Positions 1-12,060 of a DNA stretch of 64,000 nucleotides are shown here, piece by piece. Below the pieces are notes generated by a model, which saw only the letters and a program-made list of their open reading frames with translations, had not been told where the DNA came from and did no database searches. The stretch lies in NCBI GenBank assembly GCA_026770705.1, contig JANJGN010000039.1:4588001-4652000 (forward strand), given 5' to 3'. Every line of letters begins with the position of its first letter. Positions within the stretch are counted from its first letter, which is position 1. Position numbers and translations under genes: made by a program. Source of the DNA: Isurus oxyrinchus (Eukaryota).

Positions 1-179
1 ATGGTCACAGGTCAGCGAGTAAGCGTATCTTAGTAAAAGTAACCTTTACAACTGACATTGTGCAACAGATATCTTTTGGAAACATTGAATAACTGACAAC
101 ATATTGAATATATGGAAGTCAGTTATTCTAAGTAATGAAGCAGAACCTTAGGGAAAATATCCCCGTCCAAGAAAAAGAA

Positions 180-666
180 GAACAATGTTTGGAATCAGCT
201 CAGGCAATTACAAGAGGCTAAAACGTTCTACCTTTTGATATATTTCTTCATAACCACAATTTAGACTAATAGCCAGAATTTCGCCACCTCCATTTGTCTT
301 CAAAAAAGGAGAAAATCAAGTACCAGCTTAAGGAAGGTAATGAAGCGGCCTGTTTCTCTCCCATGCTTCTGATACACTAAGCGTATGCTACTCCTCTAGA
401 GTCCCTCTTTTAACGTGTGTGTTTGAGTGTGTGTGTTTGTGCCTTTGTGTCTTTGAGGAATGACATCTTGCTACACTTCGTACTCTTGTAAGCAATACAT
501 TTTAATCATTTCCTTTAATCTTTTAACTTTACAAGAAAAACTACTTAGTCACTTTTCTTAAAAACTGCCACACTGGAATGTTTAAACACTCCTTCCCTGA
601 AATGCATCCTGTTGTAGTTAGCAGAGAAATGGGGAAAACATCCAGATCACTTCCCTTTCCTTAACA
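180..666 (+). mobile_element. Decayed LTR-like segment in the intron of the first GPCR pseudogene, homologous to ~13640-14141
   Basis: Shares blocks with the intact gene's intron (ccacaatttagactaatagccaga..ctccatttgtcttcaa; cacttc..ccttaacac..catcacctc). Contains a TG tract and ends in ..TTAACA. The homology is seen directly; the LTR identity is inferred. Confidence 0.45.
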
Positions 667-1090
667 CATCCATCACCTCAGGCTCTGCCCAATCATACGT
701 GTTCCTCAGTTCGCCCCTCGCCCCTGGGCCGCCCTATTATTGCCTGGCTCCTCCGTTAGCGTTGGGTTTCAAAGTTACGTTTGAATCACTCCTGACTTTT
801 CCGATCTCCAACTAAATCCCCTTGTTGTCCCCTGGGCCCAACATTCATCCTTTGTACCCTCATTACCTCTACCGCCCGCGATAATCCTGCATCCACTTCC
901 TCCACCCCTTCAGCTTTTGTTATTTTTCTCGGCTTCCTCAACTCGATCGCAAACCTTCCCATTTGTTATTTCAGGTTCATTTTTCACAACATATTACAGG
1001 CTGCAATAACATACAGAAACTAATCAATTAAACGAGTTGCTTTGACTAAGCCTGATGTATAGTCTAATTGTTTATTTCCCGTCCAGGCAG

Positions 1091-1973
1091 CAAACTTTGT
1101 CATGCTTGTGATCCTCAGGAGCAACAGATGTGGTCTGTCGAAATGTGTAACTCAGTACCTGGTGGCCATGGCTGTGGCTGACGAAAGGTCGTTATTCCTG
1201 ATGTGATAATAAGGCACATTCCATTCTTGTTTAAGGAACAGTTTTACTTCTGGAACTCCATCCACGTGTGTAATATCCATACCATCTTGCTTTAAGCAGC
1301 CACAGACTGTCCTGTCTGTTTCACCGTCACTTTCACCTTTGGGGGATTTGTGGCCATTTGTTCCCTGAGGCTGAAAACTGAATATTGCAGTGAGAAAATA
1401 GCCACTGTGCTTCAGGGAAAATTGATTGTGCTGAGCTGTTCAAATAACATTTTCTGTTATTTTATGATAACAGATCCATATTGGCTGATGAACGGCCCCT
1501 GATTTCTGTGATTGTGCATGGAATAACCACGAATCTCTGTTCTGGGTAGCAATTGAGTTCCATTGTGTTTTCCATTTACCATGATTCTGCTGCTTAGTGT
1601 TTTCATAGGTAAGCAGATTTTAATGAAAGGCAGAGAACACAGGAGATTCCGGGCTCACAGAAGTGGGATAATCCCGGCGATCCATAGAGTGAGAGCAGAC
1701 GGAAATCTATGCATTTTCTGTCTGTTATCTCAGCCAATTTCTTCCTGTTTTGTTCAATGTCAATTGTTTATTCTATTTGGAGACTGATGTGGAATTTGGG
1801 CTATAAGTCGATGTATCTGTATCGTTTTGTTCAGGAAATAGGCTTCATGCTGCAGCTCCTGATTTGCTGCACAAACACTGGGATTTATGCAGTGACCGGG
1901 CTAAGTTCACATAGTATTTAAGAATGTGCTGCAACATCTCTTCACCCGAATTTCTTCAACATATTAAACAATA
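1091..1973 (+). pseudogene. GPR139/GPR142-like GPCR pseudogene, exon 2 (exon 1 lies left of the window)
   Basis: Acceptor ..ggcag at 1090, then NFVMLVILRSNRCGLSKCVTQYLVAMAVAD. Collinear with 14556-15433 through to GFMLQLLICCTNTGIYAVT. Lesions: frameshift near 1185, TAA at 1293-1295 (replaces Y in LYAATDC), DRF changed to GGF at 1341, TGA at 1500-1502, further frameshifts. Confidence 0.93.
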
Positions 1974-2460
1974 AAAAGAAAGAAATCACTGAGAGTTTCA
2001 GCAGATTCTCAGTTAATTGCAGAACCACAGCGGATGGAGCTGGAGAGATGGAGGGTGTGGAGGGGGGACAGGCATCCAGTCAGCCGTCCTCTCCCTTTTG
2101 CCAGTTCAATTGTTCATCGTGCAACAGCCTCACAATGATTGAAAGGAAAAATATCAGTAATAAGATATCTCTTCGCTCTTATTGGAGCTTTGGCATCATG
2201 GAGTTCCCTCACCCTGGTTGGACATAAATCCCCTGCCCTGGATGCATCCCCTCCAAATTGCTCTTCCATCTGTCCAGCATTCTCATTCGTCATGCTGATT
2301 CTAATGAAAATCCACAACATGGCAAAACTCCTCTTTCATTTGCCAGATTAACGCCCATCACAGAACCCCACAAATTCCAGCAGAAAGCAAGGGGCCTAGG
2401 GTCAAGGGAAATTCTCAGTTAATTTGGGAACTGAAAAGGAAAATTAGAGATATATTTATC

Positions 2461-2647
2461 TGAGAGGGAGAAAGAGAGAGAGAGAGAGAGAGAGAGATGA
2501 GAGATAAACAAACAAAGGGAGAGAGAGAGATATTCAGAGAGACAGGTCTGAACAGAGAGTAGCATATGGAGTGAGTTATAGAGACTGAGACAGATAAGCA
2601 GAGAGAGAATGAGAGTCCAAGACAGCGGGAGAGAGGCAGAGAGAGAC
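2461..2647. repeat. (GA)n-rich simple repeat
   Basis: Visible GA dinucleotide runs. Confidence 0.9.
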
Positions 2648-2920
2648 ATTGCCTGTTCCAATCAAATCGGAGGCGAGCACAGTATATTTAAACCCACTAC
2701 TCCACAGGTAATACCAACAGACAGATTCACACTCTAAAATAGTCCATTGTTCACCTTCGATACTGTTAGAATAAAGGAGATGATAATCAAGCTTCGTTCA
2801 GTAAATAACAAGCATGTTTGTTAATTATAATACCAGTCCTGTTAAATACATAGGCAAAATTTGTTAACTTTCAGTATGGAATATGAAGTTATACTAACCA
2901 CTTTTACAAGATACCCAAAT

Positions 2921-3250
2921 ACTCTCTCTCTTTCTCTCTCTCTGCCCCTCTCTGCCACTCATACACACGTTTTGGCACCTTCACGCACACACGCACGTCT
3001 GTACATGACAGACACATACACACACACCAACAAATGCAACATCAAACACACACACGCACACTAACAGTCAAGTGTGCAAACACACATACACAAACACACA
3101 CATGGATTAACAAACACACATACATTTACACCCACACGCACACACACACACACAAACAGAAAAACACACATGTTAACACACACAGGCACACAAACATAGG
3201 CAAATATACACAAACACAAACATTAACGCAAACACGCATGGACACAAAAA
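2921..3250. repeat. (CT)n and degenerate (CA)n simple repeat
   Basis: Visible; it explains the HT-rich spurious ORFs at 2861-3567. Confidence 0.9.
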
Positions 3251-3581
3251 TGCACCGGAAGAAGAGGAATTCTCCCAAAGGTGAAAAATCACCATTGCAA
3301 GGAGGAAGCAAAAATGGAGCAATTCTTGAATGGCGTCCACTTGGCCTCCCAAAGGTAATCTTTGAAAGAACTGATGATTCTTTTCGTTCAGGCTCAACAA
3401 ATACTCATGGGATCTCAATCCCTGTAGGTCGATTACTTCGGAGTAGCTTATATTCACTTCCAGCTTTGGACTGGCTCTGGCAGCAAAAGGGCTGCTGTGC
3501 TCCTTTTGGAAGCCGTTGGTCCCTCTGGTCTGAAAGCACAGAGCCAAAGCCACTTCTTCTTTCTTAATACATTGTTTCAGT

Positions 3582-6500
3582 GGGTGGAATTCCCCCACAA
3601 TTGCACTAAACGCGCTACCGTGCTGGTGAAAAGGAGCCCTGCCCACTGACAGAAATGGCGGGTTTTCATGCCATAACTTCCCAAGACCACCTTAATATTT
3701 ATGCATAATAAACACATTGTTTCCAAGTTGGCAGAACTTTGGCTCAACATCAATGGGCTGTAACATCACCCTGGCCGTCGCCTTTACAATGCAGCCATCA
3801 GCAAAACGCTCATCGCCACCAGCTCACCATTTCTGTTTGGAAAAAAAGGCCAACAAAGGTAAAATGCCTGCAGCCCCTCTCTGCAATGATGGATCCCTCC
3901 AGATACTGCTGGAGGGCCGCCGGGATGTGCCCTACCATCCGGAGGATGGACAGCACTGTCACAAACCCAGACACTGCAGCGATCGCTGCAATGGTCAGAG
4001 CGAACGCCCGGCTGAGTATGAATGATCTCCCCGTCCCTCCAGTGTAAGTCACTCTTTCCTTCACTCATAACACACACTCACAAACCCAGTACTCAAACAC
4101 AGGGCCCTCACTCACGGCCAATGCAAGGGACCGCAACATTGACTCTTTCACACAGGCCGCCATTGTCTTCATCCTGCACATTGGGACACTCAAAACCCAC
4201 ACATGCCAGGCGTACTTGTCATCTGGCCCGGCAGGAATCATGATACACCCTCACATCTCTTTCCATGATGGACAAATTGGATCACAACAGGAGGGCTAGA
4301 TCGCAGACAGGAACGACTCGGTGGACATCAACGTTCTGACTGAATTGGAAAACAGAGTCATTCAGCTGGACAGTTATAACTGGGAGCACTCTTGTGCTAA
4401 CGATGAGGTCAGCAATGATATACCAAGTTAAGATCCAGCAGTGCCACATTCATTAGCAAACACTTATGTGTGTGATGTGTCCTCTATCATATGCCACTCT
4501 CATGCACTGATTATTTCCCCTTGCTTTCCCAGGTATACCTGCCAAACAGCCGAGGGATTGCATGACCCAATGCCCCCGTCAAGCTCCAATGAAAAGTCTG
4601 AGGAGGAATCTGAAGGGACCCTGCCTAAAGTTCCGTTAGAGCGCTCACCCACGCCCTCTACCAGCGTAGAGACACACACCTGCGTGGGAAGCAGGTTTCG
4701 AGAAGCCTCAGGATCATAATCTGGTGATCATTTGCCCCCTCCACAGCAGGTGGAGGCACGACTTTCCCAGGTTCCCGCATACGAAGGAGTTCTGTGAGCC
4801 AGAAAGTTGCTGAATAGGAGTTAAGTGTTGAGCACCTACACTTGGTCATCTCTCAGAAGTTGGAGCTGCAAAGGTAAGCCAGCCAACATCAGAAAGTGAT
4901 GTCAGCTGCACTTCTCAAATTGTAATGCATGATGGAGGATACCGTCCATCTTCAGGCTCATGGGGGAGTGCCGGCATTACAAGATACCGAGTCCAACACT
5001 GGCATTATGTCGTTTACCATGGAGACCATGGGCAGGGCTTCTACTCATGCAATGCTGCATGGTCTTAACTCCTTTGCTGCTGCCATAGTTGGTGTCCAGC
5101 AGACTGTACATAAGATGGGTCCTCGGATGCATGATCTCAATCCAGCTGCCCCTTCCACTCACTGAGTCAGCAAGGGGCTCTCAGGCACACATAGGGAGGA
5201 AGGTCAGTATGTGCACGCTCCGGGGCCATCCAACCAAATGACTCAGCTAGTGACAGGCCCATGTGCCTTCCCTCTTCCTGTAGACTATACAGATCCAGCT
5301 TCACAGGCCGAGCAGGATGCCACTGCCCCACAGCAGGGCGATGAAAACAGACAGGCGACCTGCAAATCTCGGCCTCTGAGAGGACCAAGGCCAAAGTTAT
5401 CACAGCCAGAGCGTCGCAGTCAGCATGCAGCCGTTAACTCCGGGAATCTGCTCCTGCTGCTGCCTAACCAGTCGCTCCCTCCTCCATCTTAAACGGTCCC
5501 TGTAGGCCATCAGGCTTACTGCTAGGTAACCAGGATGCATGATCCTGACGTGGTCCTCCTGCAGCACGAAAGAGAGAGACACGTGGTAATCATCGCTGGT
5601 CCTTTAGCAAAAACCCATAATGCTTCCCAGAAAGTGCTGGTCACCCCTCGGAATTCTAGAGAGGATTGCTCTGCCTGGGTGCCTTGTCAACATGCAGCAA
5701 CGGGGACGCTGTTACAAACAATGATGCTGAATATGCAAGGAGCTGACAGCGCCTCCAGCAGTGACTGCTACATGACCAGTGTTGGCAAAGAGGTTACACA
5801 ACGTGTGAAGTCCAACTGCTGTGCAGTGCAATGAAGTGCTGGTGGATTCAAAGCCAGTGCCGGTTTGTGTAGGGGTCGGGGGGTGGGGGGGGAAGCATAA
5901 GACATGGAGCAGCTAATGGCACGTTGTTGCCTCTTGGATATTTAAAGGCGCGGGGAGGCAAGGAATCTGAACCAAATCATATCACACTCGCTGCACCTGA
6001 TCTGCCTCATGTGCAGATACATGGCAAAATTGTGCATGTGTCTTCCATGGGTGGCCATTTCCCTCACTTATCCTACCCTCCACCTCTATTGACTTAAAGT
6101 GTGATGCAGCACATTACACCCCTGCCACCACCAGGGCAGCACGTTATAGCACCACCCCGCACCCTCAGCAGGCGCCTCCTTGGCTGGCAGCAAATGCCCG
6201 AGACAGCAACCTGCACCCATCACCAGTCACCTCCGAGGCTGGCCAGCACTTGCCCACAGACACTCACAACCCTCACCCTTCACCTGAAGTACCGGGCATC
6301 AATTTACTCCGACCTCGGCGCCATTGAGGCCTGAAAAGAATGGGCGACTAGTGGAGATACTGCTGCTTAATCACTGCAGCTCACCCAAAGTGAAGCTGCA
6401 CAGTGCACGTCACCTGTGTACTGCTGTGAAACACATCGTTATGCTATACTGATGACATGGACAGGTGATACGGTGGATTCCATACACCTGAAGGGATTCC

Positions 6501-6687
6501 CTTTAAATTATGTACTAATCATTGCAATTAGCCTCCCATTGACCGATGGTGAGAAACGCAGCCCGTTAGCGGTAGGCTGAGCAGAAGATCGCGACCTGCA
6601 TTCACGCTGTCTTGAAGTGGGCCCACCATATATACCATGCCCGCCACATATCACACCCGCCGTCAGTGGGCTTGGAAGACCGCACCC
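3582..6687 (+). mobile_element. Internally deleted PIF/Harbinger-type DNA transposon with a decayed Myb/SANT-like gene (+) and a transposase N-terminal remnant (-)
   Basis: Imperfect inverted ends GGGTGGAATTCCCC / GGAAGACCGCACCC. The + strand carries Myb/SANT-like pieces APLCNDGSLQILLEGRRDVPYHPEDG, AAIAAMVRANA..MNDL and DKLDHNRRARSQTG..VLTELENRVIQL. The convergent - strand piece MHPGYLAVSLMAYRDRLRWRRERL (about 5540-5430) resembles a Harbinger transposase N-terminus. Confidence 0.7.
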
Positions 6688-6849
6688 AAAATAAGTCACT
6701 TCGTGAGAGGAGAGGCTGCAGTTGGAGCTTTGGATCAAATCACTATCTAAGGAATTGATTTTATCTCGGGCTCTGAGACGGCTGGTTCCAATTAGCCTCA
6801 CCGAGACTGTTATAACACCCACTGGAACTGAAAGTAGCTGAGGCGCGAT

Positions 6850-9800
6850 TTGAGTAATATCCTGCGTTGTGTCTTGACTGCTTCATGGCTAGATCTCTGG
6901 TCAAAAATTACGAAGCCATAGAAGGAACTGGAGCAAACTGAAGAATGTAATGAGAATGAGGATGACATTTCGCTCCATCTACTTTAGTAGAAATGCAACA
7001 GGCTTATCCAAGGTTGAGAGCATTTGATATAACACCCTATCAGAGCTTGAATCAGAATCAGTACCTGAGTGTTCTTATTTAAAAATGCTGTGCATATGAG
7101 GAAAGGGAGGCCACCTCAAATATGAGCCAATCGGCAATTTACAATAGTTCATCCGGTGGACGGTCCATCACGAGTTGCTTACGGTGTTCCAATGGCAGTT
7201 CATGCGTGCTTTAGGAAAACACAGGCTAATCTGCTGAAACATATTTATTTCCCATGGTTTCATAAAGATGTTGTTAGTTTTTGCTAAACATGACATACAT
7301 GCCAATTGTGGGGAAGCCACAATCATCAATTAAAGTGCATCCTTTATTCAGTCCAATTCCAGTTTGTACAGAACCATTTAGCAGTACCTTAATAGAGGTT
7401 TTGGATCCCCAGCTAAAGCTGAAGTGGGAAACAGTGTCTTTCAAAAATTATGGTAGCTCTAACAACATTTCCAATGGCAGTGCATTTCAGAAAGATCATG
7501 GTGAAAATTGTAGGGGAAAAGCCAGTTCCTTTCTTTACAATATGTGAGTTTCCTCAAGAAAAGTAATCAGATCAAGGCTCATATTTTATGTCACAGATAT
7601 CCAAATAAAAAATGAAAAGTTTGGGAGAGGAAAAAAGTATTTTCAGCCTTCAGCGTATGATTCACAGTCATAAGGAACTTTAGCAAAATGAAATCTAACT
7701 TTAAAGACCACGATTAAAGTATATTGTAAATGATGTTCCATTTTGGGGGTAAATTCCTTCGATTTGTACTTCTAAGGAACGCCCAGAAGGAGTCCACAGC
7801 GAACACTGCTTTTGACCTGATATTTGAGGAAGTGGCAGGAGATCCAGTGAAATTAATTGAAGGAAAATTTATCAACCAAAGTTTCCGAGACGTCACATTT
7901 GACTAACGTGTCAAAATGCTGGGGAAAAACTAACCAAGCCCTGTGGGTCGGTCAAAAAACATGTAAAAATAGAAATGCACCACAAACAATGGAAGCAGGT
8001 ATCTATTCCAAAACTCGAAGTTATGTTGCTGGAGGAAATGTTTGAGTATGGTGACTTTTCGCTAGTAACAAGAGAAAAGCAAGGTTCATCGGCCTTTACC
8101 AAGTCACAAAGAAACTCAAATCTGTGAATGATCTAGTGAGCACTCCAAGCAGGGGGAAATTCAACTGAATGTTTCCCGTCAATATGTTAAAGCCAAATAA
8201 TGGCTGGGAAGGTAACCAGGAGAGGAATGTGCTTGCATTAGTGAAAGGAGAAAGGGGAGAAATTAATATTTCAAACCAATTGGAGAATGAACCAGAAATC
8301 GGAAATTCTAAACTCAACCCATCCAGTGGTTATATTGAACAGTTCAGAGGCCGTTAAAATTTAGATCAGAGCATAAGAAATAATAACAGCGGTAGAACAA
8401 TCGGTCCCTTGAACCTGCTCTACTATTCAATAAGATAATATTTGATCTTCCAGTGTTTCGATTTCCATTTAGCAATGTAAGCCGGATAACCCGTGATGCC
8501 CCTGCCATATTACGCTAACTTCCAGAAAATAATTCCCAGATGTCTTATGAAAGTTAATACAAACTCATGAAACTCAATGTACAGATCGACCAAGGAAAAC
8601 GGCTTTGGCCTTATATGTTGCAATGTTGGGGATGTCACCAAAAGAGCAACGTCTACTCAGGCTTATTCCAGGGATGTTATTCTAAGCAAAGGAAGCAATG
8701 AAGTTTATGTTCGAGGATGACATTATTCAACCGATTAACAGTACATGGAGCTCACCCCTTATAAAGGCATCTAAACCAGATGGGTCACAATGATTGTGTG
8801 TAGTTTATGGCAACGTTAATGCATTCACATACGCGGATCCATATTTTATTCCAAGATTGGAAAACTGTATTGAAAAGATTGGGCAAGCAAGTTTCCTGAT
8901 AAAAAAAATGAGTTATTGTAGGGGTACTGAAAAGTCCCTTTAACAGAAGTGGCCAAAGAAACAACAGATTTTGCAACCAGGAATGGCCATTTTGAATGTA
9001 ATTTCATGCCTTTCGGAATGAAGAATGCAACAGTAACATTTCAATGATTAAGCAAAAGCGTTTTTGAAGGATTATTTAACAGTGTTATACATATAGTGAG
9101 AAGTTCATTGTGTTCAGCTGAGCTTGGGGGGAACTTATACAATTGAATGATGTGTATGGTCATTTACAAACATACAAATTAGTCATAAAATTTGCATAAA
9201 GTGAATTTTCCAAAACGAAACTGATTGATTTGGATCACACTCTGTTGAAAAGGCAAACTGATTTCCGGAAAAGCAAAAATATGGGTAATCCAGGATTGAC
9301 AGTGCTTAAGAATAATGGAGCGACGTTATGGTCGCTTGGCATAAATGCATTTTATAGGAAGTTTGTCCTGAATTTCACGTCGGTAAAGAAGAGCAAAAAT
9401 ATTTGAATGGACAAAGGATGGTCCAAGTGCCTTTGGCATCTTGAATGCTGTACTCACCACTCCACCAGCTTTAGCAGCATCACATTGTGTGAAGCCAGTT
9501 AAACTAGTTTTTGATGCTAGTAAGTGTTGGAGCAGTTTTACCACAGAGCGACTGGACGGGAATTGAACGGCCAGTCTGTTAAGTTACTGGAAATGTACTT
9601 TTTTTTTTAACAGGGGAAATACTCAGAAGTGAGAAGGATAATCTAAGTATAGTGCTGGCTGCACAACATGTCTCCTCACCCAAACATTCTGCAGAAATTA
9701 TTATTTTATAAGGATCAGAATCCTATATCCTTCCTAGACAAGTTTTAGAATAAGAAACCGATACAATGTTGGTTGAGTTTAAGGCTATTCCCTTACAATG

Positions 9801-9860
9801 AAAAACTCAGCCATTTCGCTGGAAGTTACAATGTAACAACAGATACTTTATCAAGAGCAA
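6850..9860 (+). mobile_element. Degenerate Ty3/Gypsy (Gmr1-like) pol: integrase, then RT, then RNase H
   Basis: Integrase Zn-finger region RKTQANLLKHIYFPWFHKDVVSFC*T*HTCQ / VGKPQSSIKVHPL..EPFS at about 7210-7400. RT KPDGSQ*LCV..VNAFTYADPYFIPRLENCIEKIGQA at about 8770-8900, and MPFGMKNA at about 9007. RNase H ends DTLSR at about 9857. Many stops and frameshifts. Confidence 0.9.
8370..8515 (-). mobile_element. CR1-type LINE 3' end nested in the Gypsy element
   Basis: cataagaaata..cccttgaacctgctc..attcaataagat has the same tail pattern as the minus-strand CR1 ends at 34480 and 38285. Confidence 0.6.
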
Positions 9861-10071
9861 ATATGGAGGAAGAAGAACGTCATAATGAAAGTGGACTTGT
9901 ATAGAATATGATTCTTATGGAAAATACTTGCATATTTGCTGTCAGAACATAATTACAGCTATTGTAAAAGCTGTAACATAAGATAGATTTAGTGACGAGA
10001 GTAGATGCTAACGGGAAATGAAAATGCCTCTTAAAGCTACCTTTTCAATTCTTATCCTTTTGCGGGGTAAA

Positions 10072-10968
10072 TGATGGGAACTCGATGTAATTTTAGACAA
10101 GCTACAATTGTATTTGTAATGTGAAGCCTGGGCTTGGTTTCAGTTTGGATTTTTGTGACATTCAGCCGGCCAGCCTGGGCCACTGTTTAAATGTATACAT
10201 TTTAATGACTGCATTACGAATCTTGAAATGAAGAGATTGGCTCATAAAGGGATTGGTGATTTAGTGAAGTCAAATCCAAAACAAGAAGTAGGAAATAAAA
10301 CTGTGTTGTTGACTCGCAACTTGTGATCAGAGGGAGCTGCACAGATACATAAAGACAAGGAGCCTATGACCTTGTAGTTTCAGTTGTATCAGATTGCCAA
10401 TGAGTGAAGACTTGACGAAAAGGCCTCAGTCTCTCTCCAACTGGGCATGATGCCAGATTCTTATGGAACTCGTGGATAATCCTCTAACACTAAAGGAGAG
10501 GTGAATTTAGATTGAGTGTTCTGGATATCTAAAGGGATATACAAATTGTGCAATTGCTTCTAGTGAATGTTCAGAAGACCACTGGAAAATCAACTTCTTT
10601 ACCACTGAACAAACGCTACCCTTGGTCCAAAATAATGGTGCCTGTCCGCTGGGGTCCTGGGTTAATAAGGGCATTAGTAGGATGAAAGGGGCAGTATGAG
10701 TTTCTGCCACTTATTTCCTCGTCTCTGTAATGAAAACTTACCAAGCGTTTGGTTGCCTGGTGTAATATGATCATGATTAATTACATTTTTTTTGTGAATC
10801 TTGCAAAGTCAAATCAGGCTGCTGTGAACCAGTTTCAGTAAGGAACCCACGCTTTCAAAATAAATGATTTCTTAAAATAGGTCATCAATCCAGGTTCCAT
10901 TCTGCTTTGGAACTCTGCTTTTATAAACAGCGTGGAACACTTAAAACCCTCCTGTCCTCGGATATCAC
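10072..10968 (+). mobile_element. Probable 3' LTR of the Gypsy element
   Basis: Follows the end of pol and a purine tract (gcggggtaaa) and is non-coding. Boundaries are approximate. Confidence 0.5.
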
Positions 10969-11084
10969 TTCCAGGTGCCTTTACATGTCATGGTCAGTCA
11001 AACCTCTATTCACAGCCTTCCATCCCTTAGCGAGCCACATACATCCGATCTACTAGGTTGTGAGACAAAAATTGTTGGAATGCA

Positions 11085-11315
11085 AGGCGTTAAATGAACC
11101 GGTTTGTTCAGTCCCTGTAATTAACTTCAATCTCCCTGGATCCTAATTGTGTCACAGGAGGGTTTCACTCTGCTATTTATACGGGGCTCATTTCAAAGTG
11201 CTGTCCCCTAATGTCAGGGGGACAGTCGCATTCAGCAGTCGCAAGGATCAACGATTCCTGAGAGGGGGAGAGAAAACATCAGAACCGCAGAATAATAGAT
11301 TGGAACGTGACAACA
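11085..11315 (+). promoter_or_regulatory. Proximal promoter/5' UTR of the intact GPCR gene
   Basis: TATA-like TATTTATA at 11174-11181. The block aligns with the upstream regions of paralogues at 48405-48600 and 63835-64000. Confidence 0.55.
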
Positions 11316-11490
11316 ATGAATCAGAATCTTAGAACAAAATCTTGGAATTTTACAAAAATGGACAGAAGTTTAACCTCGGGGCTGTACTATCTTTCTCAAG
11401 ATCGGATGTCATTAGCTGTTAGGATCGAGGGTATAATTTCGGTAATCCAAGTTGGTTACTTTCCCATCCTGACTCTTGTTGGTGTCAGCG
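11316..11490 (+). CDS. GPR139/GPR142-like GPCR, exon 1 (N-terminus and TM1)
   Basis: ATG 11316 (alternative ATG 11358); MNQNLRTKSWNFTKMDRSLTSGLYYLSQDRMSLAVRIEGIISVIQVGYFPILTLVGVS. Phase-1 donor G|GTAAGA at 11490/11491 joins exon 2 in frame. Confidence 0.88.
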
Positions 11491-11639
11491 GTAAGAACCT
11501 ATATGCAACAATCTGTTTTTTAAACCAGATTGACTGCATTACTGTTACTGTCTTTTACATTTCAGGAAGATGGAAGTCATTTGCTACTGTTCCCGTTTTA
11601 ATGATCTTTACCTATCCAGTCGCTCCACCCGCCTACCAC

Positions 11640-12060
11640 GCCATTATCTAAGTCTGAACCATAGTGTCTTCGACTCCCATGCTCCATTTGGCCCTGAGCT
11701 GATTTGTGAGCCCAGACTCTTTCTATCCTTAAGCCTGTCTTCCACCAGCTGTTTAGCCTCACCCACTATCCTCGCTGCATCAACACATCACCCGAATGAT
11801 CCCTCAGCTGTACATTTGGCAAAGCCAGACTCGGCTATTAAAATGTTAATCTGGCCAGCCAATTGCTTTTACAAACGTTCTTAAAATATACCCCATACAA
11901 AACTCTGATTTTTGTAAACTCACCCATGCCAAATCTCATTCCACCAATATCCCTGTGCTCAAGGGCCAAGATTGCTTCCAGGTCTTTCAAACCGTCAATT
12001 TCAAAATTCCCAATCCTGTGATTTGATCACAATTTAATCTCTCTTCTCCAATCAATCCCA
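11640..12060 (+). mobile_element. L2-type LINE 3' fragment in the intron
   Basis: ccaaatctcattccaccaatatccctgtgctc..ttcaaaattcccaatcctg resembles an L2 tail; a counterpart occurs at 49300-49600. Confidence 0.45.

Noticed and set aside
3034-3567. 177-aa His/Thr-rich ORF
   Set aside because: Translation of a CA microsatellite plus repeat-derived sequence.
5871-5893. G-runs able to form G-quadruplexes (also ~39465-39490 and the C-run at ~58290-58318)
   Set aside because: They lie inside decayed repeats, with no evidence of function.
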